Virus record (IMG/VR): IMGVR_UViG_3300048848_000230
Location: 1 to 41,933 of that record
Origin: a virus
Taxonomy: Duplodnaviria > Caudoviricetes
Reading direction: 5' to 3' (one strand)
DNA: 41,933 nucleotides
Both the position numbers and the translations under genes were made by a program. Within the stretch, counting starts at the first letter, position 1. Each line of letters begins with the position of its first letter. Below the pieces are notes generated by a model, which did not search any database, had not been told where the DNA came from, and saw nothing but the letters and a program-made list of their open reading frames with translations. Positions 16,240 through 24,693 of the stretch are shown piece by piece.

Positions 16240-17004
16240 ATGAGCCTCGCTCGTAGACGCCAGGAACGCATCCTGGCCGCACAGACCGCGCATGCTCCCT
16301 CGGGCGGCGCCGCCACCGCCGGTCCGCCGGCGGTGGCTCCCCCCTCTAGCCGCGCGGCAACGACTGCCGCCGCCCAGATCGCGATGCGTCTCGCTTGCGA
16401 CCTGCGCCGGCTGAAGCAGATCAAGGCGATCTCGCTCAAGATCGCCGCCAAGCGCGAGATGCTGCCCGAATATGCCGCCTGGGTCGAAGGGCTGCTGACC
16501 GGCGCCGCGCAGGCCGGGGCCGGCGCATCCGGCGACGTGCTGCCGACCATCATGGTCTGGACGATCGACGTCGGCGATTTCGCCGCGGCCATGCCGCTGA
16601 TCGAGCATGTCCTGCGCCATGACGTGCCCATGCCCCAGCGCTACGAGCGCGATGCCCCCACGCTGATCGTCGAGGAAGTCGCTGAAGCCGCCATCAAGGC
16701 GCAGGCCGCTGGCGAGCCCTTCGACCTGGCGGTGCTGGAGCAGATCGACGCGCTGGTTGACGGCATCGACATGCACGACCAGGTGCGCGCCAAGCTCATG
16801 AAGGCGATCGGTTTCGAGCTCGATCGCGCCGCCCGCGCCGCCGAGGAGTCGGGCGGCGATGCCCTGCCGCTGCTGTGCCGCTCGGTGCTGGCGATGAAGG
16901 AAGCGCAGGCGTTGCACGATCGGGTGGGCGTCAAATCCATTCTCCGCGGCGTCGAAAAGCGCCTTGCCGCCGCGCAACCGCAACCCGCCGGCACGTCCGG
17001 CTAA
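16240..17004 (+). CDS. Terminase small/endonuclease subunit (P2 gpM-like)
   Basis: KREMLPEY..WVEG, MVWTIDVGDF, DMHDQVRAKLMKA, RVGVK; position after N. Confidence 0.93.
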   Translation: MSLARRRQERILAAQTAHAPSGGAATAGPPAVAPPSSRAATTAAAQIAMRLACDLRRLKQIKAISLKIAAKREMLPEYAAWVEGLLTGAAQAGAGASGDVLPTIMVWTIDVGDFAAAMPLIEHVLRHDVPMPQRYERDAPTLIVEEVAEAAIKAQAAGEPFDLAVLEQIDALVDGIDMHDQVRAKLMKAIGFELDRAARAAEESGGDALPLLCRSVLAMKEAQALHDRVGVKSILRGVEKRLAAAQPQPAGTSG

Positions 17005-17150
17005 CCAGCTGCCCCCCCCCGGCGCGGGGGCGGATCGCAAGACGCGGGAGGGCCTTCGGGCTGGGGGCCGCGATCCTCCGATCCCCACCCCCGTTTCTTT
17101 CGAGGATCCACGATGCCGCCCACCCCCACCGTCTGCGCCCGGTTGCCGGC

Positions 17151-17636
17151 ATGAACGGCTTCGGCTGCATCGGCTCGGTCGTCCCGGACGCCGTCGACAC
17201 GGTCGAACCGGTCATCGAGGATGCTTGGTACCCGGCGATCAACCCGGCGCAGCTGCGCCGCGAACACCGCCTGGGCGACGTGGCGAAGGTCACGCCCGAA
17301 CGGCTGCGGGCGGCCATCCTGGAAGCGCTGATCTCCGCCGACAACCAGCTCGGCGTCTGGGCGATGCGGCAGACGGCCGCCGGCTATGACTCGCTGGCCG
17401 CCGTGCCCGCGCGCAAGTTCGACGGGGAAAGCCGCCTGGTCATCTCCTTCCGCCGCGCTGTGGGCGCGCTGACCAAGCTCGAACTGATCGAGCGGCTCCG
17501 GGATCTCGACACCACCGCCGCTGGCGACCGCGATGCGAGCGCGCTGGATCCGTCGATCGGCGAACTGCGCCGCGATGCGGTCCACGCGATCCGCGACATT
17601 CTCGGCACCACCCGCACCACCGTCGAGCTGATCTGA
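17151..17636 (+). CDS. Head completion protein (P2 gpL-like)
   Basis: WYPAI, VTPERLR and RRDAVHAIRDILGTTRTTVELI. Confidence 0.9.
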   Translation: MNGFGCIGSVVPDAVDTVEPVIEDAWYPAINPAQLRREHRLGDVAKVTPERLRAAILEALISADNQLGVWAMRQTAAGYDSLAAVPARKFDGESRLVISFRRAVGALTKLELIERLRDLDTTAAGDRDASALDPSIGELRRDAVHAIRDILGTTRTTVELI

Positions 17637-17851
17637 TGCCCGACGTCATCCACGCGCGCCAGGGCGACACGCTCGACCAGCTCCTGCACCGCGAACGCGG
17701 GCTGGGGCCGGAAGCGCTCGGCACCGTCCTCGATGCCAACCCCGGCCTCGCCCAGCTGGGCGCGGTCCTGCCGACCGGCACTGCCGTCATCGTCCCGCCG
17801 GCCGCGCAGGCCGCGCCGGTCGAGCGCCAGCTCCTCGATTTCTGGGACTGA
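17636..17851 (+). CDS. Tail protein X
   Basis: ARQGDTLDQL..VLDANPGLA..LPTGTAV..FWD. Confidence 0.93.
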   Translation: MPDVIHARQGDTLDQLLHRERGLGPEALGTVLDANPGLAQLGAVLPTGTAVIVPPAAQAAPVERQLLDFWD

Positions 17852-17853
17852 CC

Positions 17854-18198
17854 ATGTCCAAGCTTCCCGACATCCTCGACTCCTTCCTGACCTTCCTCGC
17901 CGGGTTGTCGCCAGGCGCGCTCGGCGCGGCGGTCAGCCTCGCCCATGAGAAGGGGCTGACTTGGTCCGAGCGCTGCATCCAGTTCGCAGCCGGCACCACC
18001 ATCAGCTGGTTCGCACAGCGTTGGATCGGCGCGGTCTACGCGTTCGATCCCTTCGTGCTGCAGGGCATCGGGTTCAGCGCCGGCATGGTCGCCTTCAAAT
18101 CCACGCCTCGGTTCATCGCCAGCGCCGCGGACGTCATCGCCGGCCTGCCCGCCATGATCCGCGACCGCTTCTTCCCCGCTCGAAAGGACAAGCCGTGA
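17854..18198 (+). CDS. Putative holin
   Basis: 114 aa, several hydrophobic segments, basic C-terminus, between X and the endolysin. Confidence 0.7.
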   Translation: MSKLPDILDSFLTFLAGLSPGALGAAVSLAHEKGLTWSERCIQFAAGTTISWFAQRWIGAVYAFDPFVLQGIGFSAGMVAFKSTPRFIASAADVIAGLPAMIRDRFFPARKDKP

Positions 18199-18779
18199 CC
18201 GACACGCGCACCGCTACCCCGGCCCCCAAGCGGCGCACTCTCGCTGGCGTGATCGGCACCGCACTCGGCGCCGGCGCGCTGTTCACGGTGACGCCGTTCT
18301 TCGAAAGCGGCCGCACCGTCGGGGCGACAGTGGCGCCAGCTGGCGAAGTGCAGATCCGCCACGTCGCGGGCCGCCAGTACCTCGACGCCTATCTCGACAT
18401 CGTCCGCGTGCCCACCGCCTGCGACGGCATCACCAGGGGCATCCGAATGGGCCAGCGTTACACCGAGGCGCAATGCACCGCGATGCTGGAGCGCGAGCTG
18501 ATCGCGCATGCCGAGGAAGTCATCGCCTGCGTGCCCCAGCTGTACGGCCGCGACCGTGAGGCGCCGGCCGCCGTCTCCCTCGCCTACAACATCGGCGGGC
18601 CGAAGTTCTGCGCATCCACCGCCGCGCGCCACTTCAAGGCCAAGCGCTGGACCGAGGGCTGCAACGCCTTGACCATGTGGAACAAGGCCGGCGGTCGCGT
18701 CGTGCAGGGCCTGGTCAACCGCCGCGAGCGCGAACGCGCGATCTGCCTGCGCGGCTTCAACCCCCGAAGGGATCCGTGA
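18195..18779 (+). CDS. Endolysin, GH24 lysozyme, possibly SAR-type
   Basis: FES..YLDIVRVPTACDGIT catalytic pattern, SLAYNIG, GLVNRRERE; Gly/Ala-rich hydrophobic N-terminus. Confidence 0.92.
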   Translation: MTDTRTATPAPKRRTLAGVIGTALGAGALFTVTPFFESGRTVGATVAPAGEVQIRHVAGRQYLDAYLDIVRVPTACDGITRGIRMGQRYTEAQCTAMLERELIAHAEEVIACVPQLYGRDREAPAAVSLAYNIGGPKFCASTAARHFKAKRWTEGCNALTMWNKAGGRVVQGLVNRRERERAICLRGFNPRRDP

Positions 18780-19297
18780 TGATCGCAGCCGCTCTCAGCA
18801 AGCTCGCTCGTGCCCGCGAATGGCTCACCCTGCTCGCGCTGGGTGCTGCCGCCGCGTGGATCTATGTCCAGTGGGCCGAGGCCGACCGAGCCCGCGACCG
18901 CTATGCCCGCTGGGTCGAGGTCACGTGCGCCGGCGCTGGCGCCCCCTATGCCGGCGGAAGCGAGCAGCGCACCGATACGTCGGGCAAGCCGGTGACCGTC
19001 ACCTTCGCCGATGGCCAGCGCTGCCGCACCGCCATCACCCTCGCCGTGGCCTTCAAGGGCGAGACCGACCGCGCCACGGCCGAGCGCCTGGCGCGCGCCA
19101 TGCTCGAACACGACGGCAAGCTGCTGGCCGACGCCCGCCTCGCACGCGTCGCGGCCGAAGCCGCCAAGGCCGCTACCGAACGAATGGAGATCGCAAATGC
19201 CGAAGTCGAAGCACAGCCGGACGGCACGGGTCGCGTCGATCATGCTTGGTTCGCTGCTCTTAACGACGTTGCCGGGCTGCGTGCACCGAGCCGTTGA
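18779..19297 (+). CDS. Inner-membrane spanin (Rz/LysB-like)
   Basis: N-terminal TM segment then Ala-rich coiled coil; follows the endolysin. Confidence 0.7.
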   Translation: MIAAALSKLARAREWLTLLALGAAAAWIYVQWAEADRARDRYARWVEVTCAGAGAPYAGGSEQRTDTSGKPVTVTFADGQRCRTAITLAVAFKGETDRATAERLARAMLEHDGKLLADARLARVAAEAAKAATERMEIANAEVEAQPDGTGRVDHAWFAALNDVAGLRAPSR

Positions 19298-19523
19298 AGT
19301 GCCCGTGCCAAAGCCGGTGCCGGTTGCGGTCGAGATTCGCGACACGCCGCCGGCCGAGTTGCTGCGCTGCCCCGAGCATCCCGCTGGCTTTCCGACCGAC
19401 ACCCAGGCGACCATGCCGGCCGGCGTCCGCTCGGCCGCGATCCGCATGGGCCGCGCACTGCGCGACCGTGGCGACCAACTGGTGCGGCTGATCCGCTGGC
19501 ACGACCCGGAGGCGTGCCGGTGA
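19197..19523 (+). CDS. Outer-membrane spanin lipoprotein (Rz1/LysC-like)
   Basis: Overlaps the 3' end of the i-spanin in another frame; lipobox LPGC; Pro-rich PPAELLRCP. Confidence 0.75.
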   Translation: MPKSKHSRTARVASIMLGSLLLTTLPGCVHRAVEVPVPKPVPVAVEIRDTPPAELLRCPEHPAGFPTDTQATMPAGVRSAAIRMGRALRDRGDQLVRLIRWHDPEACR

Positions 19524-19987
19524 AGAAGCCCGAGGGCCTGCGCCGCCTGCTGCTCGCCACCGCGCTGAAGGATCAGCCGGAGAAGCTGCAGCTGTATATC
19601 GATCGGGGCGGCGTCACCTGCCGCCGGGGGCGCAACCTCGCCTTCACCTACGATTATACGCTGAACGTCGTGGTCGAGGGCTACACCGGCGAGGTGGACG
19701 CGCTGATGGTCCCGATCCTCGCCTGGGTCGCGGAACAGCAGCCCGACCTGCTCGACAAGCCACCCTACAAGCCCTTCGAGTTCGAATCGGAACTGCTCGA
19801 CGCGAACAGCGCCGACGTGTCGATCAACATCGAGCTGACCGAGAACGTCCTGGTCGATCGCACCGGCACGCGGGAATGGTCGACGCGGCACCTGGACGAG
19901 CCGACCATCGCCGATGCGTTCTCCGGCGTCTGCGGTGTCTCGCTGGTCGAAGCGCTGATCGCCGAGGCGAACGACCCGACGCCATGA
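19520..19987 (+). CDS. Tail completion protein (P2 gpR-like)
   Basis: KKPEGLR, PEKLQLYIDRG, MVPILAWV..QPDLL, DVSINIELTE. Confidence 0.92.
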   Translation: MKKPEGLRRLLLATALKDQPEKLQLYIDRGGVTCRRGRNLAFTYDYTLNVVVEGYTGEVDALMVPILAWVAEQQPDLLDKPPYKPFEFESELLDANSADVSINIELTENVLVDRTGTREWSTRHLDEPTIADAFSGVCGVSLVEALIAEANDPTP

Positions 19988-20652
19988 GCGACGACCTGAT
20001 CGAGATCGAGAAGCTGGCGGGCGCCCTGCTGCGCAACGTCGACGCGAACGCGCGCCGCCGCCTGCTACGATCGGCGGCAAAGAAGGTGCAGGCCAGCCAG
20101 CGCGCGCGCATCGGGCGCCAGCAGAATCCGGACGGCGCCCCGTTCGCGCCCCGCCGCAAGCGTCCGGAACCCACGCGCGGCGCCTACACGGTGCGGTTCC
20201 TCTACCCCAAGGGTGACCCGAACCCGCGCGAAGTCCTCATGAAGAGCTGGGTCTGGGATGGCCCGCTGATGACCGGCTTCGACATCGAGGCGGGCGGCAT
20301 CCGCTCCTTCCACCGCGACAAGGTCGATCGCTACCTGCCGCTCGAACCAGGGATGCAGAATGCTGGCGCCGGCAAGCTGCGCCGCAAGGGCCACATCCGT
20401 CGCGCAGCGATGTTCCGCAAGCTCGCATCTGCCCGGCACCTGCGCGCCGACGCCAGCGATACCGAGGCATGGGTCGGCTTCACCGGCCAGGCTGCGCGCG
20501 TCGCCGGCATCCACCAGCACGGGCAGGTCGACAAGCCGTCCGCAAAGGCCGAGCCGGTGCGCTATGCCCGGCGCACCCTCCTGGGCCTCAGCGAGGCCGA
20601 TCGTATGATGGTGTTGGACGCGCTGCTTGCATCGCTGGTGGACGGCGTGTGA
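19984..20652 (+). CDS. Virion morphogenesis/tail completion protein (P2 gpS-like) with internal insertion
   Basis: SQRARIGRQQNPDGAPFAPR, MFRKL, VAGIHQHG and VRYARRTLLG. Confidence 0.9.
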   Translation: MSDDLIEIEKLAGALLRNVDANARRRLLRSAAKKVQASQRARIGRQQNPDGAPFAPRRKRPEPTRGAYTVRFLYPKGDPNPREVLMKSWVWDGPLMTGFDIEAGGIRSFHRDKVDRYLPLEPGMQNAGAGKLRRKGHIRRAAMFRKLASARHLRADASDTEAWVGFTGQAARVAGIHQHGQVDKPSAKAEPVRYARRTLLGLSEADRMMVLDALLASLVDGV

Positions 20653-21124
20653 TCTTCTGAGTCGGCAGTTTAGGGCGTGCCGGGCGAACCCGAGATAGTG
20701 CAGCTCTAGGATCCCGGCATCCTCGAAGGGGATGTAATCACGCTTGGCCGGCGCTATGTTCGCCAGATCACCCTGTTGGATCGAGCAAGGGGAAGATTGA
20801 GAGCCATTTTGCGCTCTCGCTCAGATGAGGGTCACCACATGTTGAGCGCACCGTTCAAAGCCATTCCTCCGGAAGGTGTTAAAGATCTGAGTCTTGGACT
20901 GGATCTAAAAATCACGGTCGGGGAACATACTATTCTGATGCAATTAAAGCATCATCACGTGGTGGTTGATGGTCCGATACATCCTGTCCGGGCTGAAGTT
21001 CACCTGTAATCGCTGGCAGGCGCACGCCACCAAGTTTCCCGCCTTGGCGCCTGACGATTTAAAAGTGAGTCGCACGGCTCGATCTGTGGCGCCGCTTGTT
21101 ACCTCCCTGATCGGAGATAATCTT

Positions 21125-21298
21125 TTGCCTCAGAAAATTGTGGCCGTCGCGTTTCTAACGCGGCGAGACCTCGATGCGGTCGGAAGCTGCCTTGAGCGGG
21201 TTTTCCCCGTTCAGGAGTGTGGCAGCTTCGACGCTATCGTCGCGACTCTTGATGCGCTGCCTACAAGCGACAGCGCCCCGGAGCCAAACCACGCTTAG
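21125..21298 (+). CDS. Small hypothetical protein (moron)
   Basis: TTG with GGAGA RBS; IVAVAFLTRRDL..LERVFPV..FDAIV resembles a small sphingomonad family (recalled). Confidence 0.55.
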   Translation: MPQKIVAVAFLTRRDLDAVGSCLERVFPVQECGSFDAIVATLDALPTSDSAPEPNHA

Positions 21299-21526
21299 TC
21301 TTCTTTCGAATCGGCGGGTTCTATCGCTCTGCGTTCCCGGTCTTCTCTCAGCAGCGCCCGTTCATCGTCCGTCTGGAAGCGATTGTGCGGGTAGCTGCTC
21401 TTGACTAGCAGTATTCCATACGCTCGGGCGAACGCTCGATGGGCAGCCCGGGCTGCTCGCGACGGAGACGACTTAGCGCGGGCAAGCGATTGCTGCTCTC
21501 GGCGAAGTAAATAGTTGATATCCATG
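21295..21526 (-). CDS. Small hypothetical protein (moron)
   Basis: MDINYLLRREQQSLARA..ARAAHRAFARAYG with GGAG upstream; start position approximate. Confidence 0.65.
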
Positions 21527-21901
21527 ATCTTGCTCCATTCGAGCGCGAGCAAAAAACTCTCTGCCGTGCGATTGCTCAGATCGGTGCGCACGATGGCACA
21601 TCATAGCACATTGCCCAGCCAAGGCTGCACGATTTCCACTACGTTGCCGATTGCTGGTCGATCGCCAGGTCCGACGCACGCGATACTTGCGAGGATAGCG
21701 GCCGCCGCCCATATAGAAGCCATCGCTCCGCTTCTTTCACGAGCAAGGATGCGACTGAGAGATGCTTGCGCTCCCGCTCTGACGCGGAGTCGGCATGCCT
21801 AAACGTCCTCCCATTCCAGCAACTACCTCACGTACCTCGGCCGTGGGTGCTCGCCATCAGGAGCGCTCGGGGACAGTCGGGACGCTACGGGACCGGATCC
21901 C

Positions 21902-22123
21902 ATGTCGCGCGCGCTGAACATCGACGCGACCCTTGCGGAGGTGACGGCGATGTCGGCCAAGCACAGCGTCCAGATCAGCGCGATCGAACCGTTGCAGCCG
22001 AGCGGCACACACGTCGTTTTCATGAACATGGAGGGTGCAGCGACTATCGCCCGAGTCTACGGCGAGCGTGTCCTCACCGGCCCAGTAATGCGTATGCCGT
22101 GGGCCTCAAGGAGAGGTGCCTAG
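21902..22123 (+). CDS. Small hypothetical protein (moron)
   Basis: MSRALNIDAT..ISAIEPLQPSGTHVVF, compact 73-aa ORF. Confidence 0.7.
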   Translation: MSRALNIDATLAEVTAMSAKHSVQISAIEPLQPSGTHVVFMNMEGAATIARVYGERVLTGPVMRMPWASRRGA

Positions 22124-22228
22124 TCCCGCCTCCTGGCACCGATGCACAGGGTGCAACGTGGATTCAAAATAATGGAAGGCTCCCGCAGAACGCTGCGGTT
22201 GCCCAACCGCGCCCTGAAAGGAACGCCA

Positions 22229-22384
22229 ATGTTTGACCTGTTTCATCAAATCCTCGGAAGGCACATCCCTGATCCGTCGCGCGACAGATGGGATCGTGGC
22301 CACTTCACGAGCGTTTGTCTGCGTTGCAAGCGTGACATGACCCGGCTGCCTGGACTGCCGTGGCGCGTGGGAACGGCGGAATAG
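22229..22384 (+). CDS. Small Cys/His protein
   Basis: AAGGA RBS; LGRH..SVCLRCKRDM..W. Confidence 0.55.
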   Translation: MFDLFHQILGRHIPDPSRDRWDRGHFTSVCLRCKRDMTRLPGLPWRVGTAE

Positions 22385-22545
22385 CATTCAGCAACTGACG
22401 CATTTGAATTTTTGCCACGACATGGGGCAAAGTGGCCCGCGCGGTAGCTAGGGTGGCTACAATTCGGCAGGGCCTTCCCTCACCGGTAGCCCTCGCCGCA
22501 TAAGGTGCAGCGCGGTATGGTTTCCGGTGGGCGACACAGTTGAGG

Positions 22546-23010
22546 ATGCAGGTGATGGCAGAGCGTTTAGTTGACGTCTTGGACAGCAATGGGCGGATCA
22601 TCCACACTTACCCCATCACGCTCGACGAATCCGGTGGAACTGCGAGCGACGCCAAATACCAGGCGAGGGCCTTGGAGGCCGCTGCGCACGGGCAGCTGGT
22701 CCCGAACGCCGAACTCCAAAGCCTCACCGCTCGGATACACATCAGTCGTGGGGGCCAGATGCATGCCTTCGGGGACCAGATAAGCAGCTCATCAGAAACA
22801 ATGCTCGGCTTGGAACAAGAAGTCCGAGAACGCGCCTACTTCCTTTGGGAACAGGAAGGCCGTCCAGAAGGGCGGGCAGATGAATATTGGGCACGTGCTC
22901 TCGATGAGCATCTACGTGAGCGCGCCTACGTGTTGTGGCAACAAGAGGGGAGTGGCGAAGGTGGCGCCGCTAAGGACTGGGATCAGTTGCGCGACTTTCA
23001 AGCTCGTTAA
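22546..23010 (+). CDS. DUF2934-like domain protein (two tandem copies)
   Basis: EVRERAYFLWEQEGRPEGRADEYW and HLRERAYVLWQQEGSGEG. Confidence 0.8.
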   Translation: MQVMAERLVDVLDSNGRIIHTYPITLDESGGTASDAKYQARALEAAAHGQLVPNAELQSLTARIHISRGGQMHAFGDQISSSSETMLGLEQEVRERAYFLWEQEGRPEGRADEYWARALDEHLRERAYVLWQQEGSGEGGAAKDWDQLRDFQAR

Positions 23011-23056
23011 ACCGGTCAATGCTGGCCAGCTGCTTTCCAGCAGCGGCTGACGCAAG

Positions 23057-23082
23057 GCCAACGCCCCGACTTGGGCGTTGGC
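23057..23082. terminator. Perfect 10-bp hairpin after the moron, possible terminator/insulator
   Basis: GCCAACGCCC-CGACTT-GGGCGTTGGC; no U-tract. Confidence 0.35.
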
Positions 23083-23110
23083 GGCCGTAGCGATCCAAGG
23101 ACCATTTCCC

Positions 23111-23139
23111 GCAATCGTAGAGTGCGTCTCTACGATTGC
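23111..23139 (+). promoter_or_regulatory. Late-promoter palindrome 2, upstream of baseplate J
   Basis: GCAATCGTAGAG-TGCGT-CTCTACGATTGC. Confidence 0.8.
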
Positions 23140-23183
23140 CGCCCCCTAGCCGCTGCTGCCGCCCCCCGCCGAAGTGGCCGGCG

Positions 23184-24053
23184 ATGTCCACCGCCGCCTC
23201 CACCAGCTCCAACGCCATCGACCTGTCGCGCCTGTCGGCGCCGACGATCGTCGAACAGCTGACGTTTGAGCAGATCCTCGCCGAATTGGTCGAGACGCTG
23301 CGCACGTTCCTGCCTGGCTTCGACGCGCTGGTCGAAAGCGACCCCGTGATGAAGCTGCTGCAAGTGTTCGCCTATCGCGAGCTGCTGCTGCGGCAAGGCT
23401 TCAACGATGCCGCCCGCCAGCTGATGCTCGCCTATGCGACCGGGACTAACCTGGATCATCTTACCGCACTTGTAGGCGTTGCGCGTCTGACCGCCGAGGA
23501 GGACGACGACGCCCTGCGCCAGCGCGCGGTGCTGGGTCCCGAAGGCTTCTCCGTTGCCGGTCCCGAACTGGCCTATGTCTATCACGCCAAATCGGCGGAC
23601 GCGGGCGTTCTTGACGCCAGCGCGATCTCCCCGGCTCCCGGCGAGGTGCGCGTCACCGTGCTGGCGCGTGAGGGCGACGGCACCGCCCGGCCCGCCCTGC
23701 TCGATGCAGTGCGCGACCGCGTGAACGCGCGTGAGGTTCGCCCCCTGGGCGACCTGGTTACCGTCGCCAGTGCCCAGGTCCGCCCCTTCGCGATCAACGC
23801 CGCGCTCTACACTTTCGCTGGACCCGACCGCTCGCTGGTGCTGACTGCCGCCCGCGCGCACCTTGATGCCTACCTCGCGGACTGCCGACTGCTCGGCCGC
23901 GACGTGACCATGTCCGGCCTCTACGCGGCGCTGACCGTCCCCGGTGTGCAGCGCGTCGTGCTGGCTGCGCCGGTCGCCGATGTCGTCTGCGATGCCACCC
24001 AGGCGGCATGGTGTACCGACATCGCCATCACGCATGGCGGCTATGACGCATAG
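23184..24053 (+). CDS. Baseplate assembly protein J
   Basis: IDLSRLSAPTIVEQL, ESDPVMKLL..AYRELLLR, SVAGP..AY and VRPLGD. Confidence 0.95.
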   Translation: MSTAASTSSNAIDLSRLSAPTIVEQLTFEQILAELVETLRTFLPGFDALVESDPVMKLLQVFAYRELLLRQGFNDAARQLMLAYATGTNLDHLTALVGVARLTAEEDDDALRQRAVLGPEGFSVAGPELAYVYHAKSADAGVLDASAISPAPGEVRVTVLAREGDGTARPALLDAVRDRVNAREVRPLGDLVTVASAQVRPFAINAALYTFAGPDRSLVLTAARAHLDAYLADCRLLGRDVTMSGLYAALTVPGVQRVVLAAPVADVVCDATQAAWCTDIAITHGGYDA

Positions 24054-24693
24054 CCTCCTTCCCCCGAACGCCACTCCCCTCGAACGCGCCGCCGAATCTG
24101 CGGCAGCGCGGGTCAGCGAGGTACCGTTCCCCATTGAATCGTTGATGGACCCACAGCGCATCCCGGCAGGGTGGCTGCCGTGGCTCGCGTGGGGGCTGTC
24201 GGTCGATAGCTGGGACGAGGACTGGAGCGAGCAGGCGAAGCGCGACGCGGTCGCGGGATCGATCGCGCTGCACCGGATCAAGGGCACCCGCGCCTCCGTC
24301 GAGACGGTCCTCGCGCGCTTCGACCAGCTGCTCGAACTGGTCGAGTGGCACCAGGCGACGCCACGCGCAGAGCCGCACACCTTCGAGGTCCGCCTGCCGA
24401 TCGCCAGCGACCGCGTGAAGCCCGGCGGCCGTCGCGCTACGGCCGCCTTTGCCGAGGCTATCATCCGCGAAGTGTCGCGGGTGAAGCCCGCGCGCGAGCA
24501 CTTCCGCCTGGTGCAGATGCTCGAGGCCGAGGGCGCGATCGGCATCCAGGGCGTCGCCCGCCTCGCCGGCGCTGCCCGCGCGGACATGGCCGCAGATTTC
24601 GACACCTCGCCGGCCTGGGCCGCCTTCCTCCAAACCGAGGACGGCGAGCCGCTGCAGGATGACGCCGGCGCCTTTTTGGACACCGCCCCATGA
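24043..24693 (+). CDS. Tail protein I
   Basis: LLPPNATPLE, LPWLAWGLSVDSW, HRIKGT and KPAREH. Confidence 0.94.
   Translation: MTHSLLPPNATPLERAAESAAARVSEVPFPIESLMDPQRIPAGWLPWLAWGLSVDSWDEDWSEQAKRDAVAGSIALHRIKGTRASVETVLARFDQLLELVEWHQATPRAEPHTFEVRLPIASDRVKPGGRRATAAFAEAIIREVSRVKPAREHFRLVQMLEAEGAIGIQGVARLAGAARADMAADFDTSPAWAAFLQTEDGEPLQDDAGAFLDTAP

Noticed and set aside
11061-20080. Long antisense or alternate-frame ORFs (e.g. 11061-12032, 12317-13363, 14939-16282, 18584-20080)
   Set aside because: Shadows of real high-GC phage genes, with no recognisable motifs
20661-20685. Short palindrome CGGCA-N10-TGCCG after gpS as another cassette junction
   Set aside because: Too short and degenerate, and not accompanied by the long repeat
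20776-21009. 77-aa ORF at the start of the moron
   Set aside because: No convincing RBS or motif; cannot be supported
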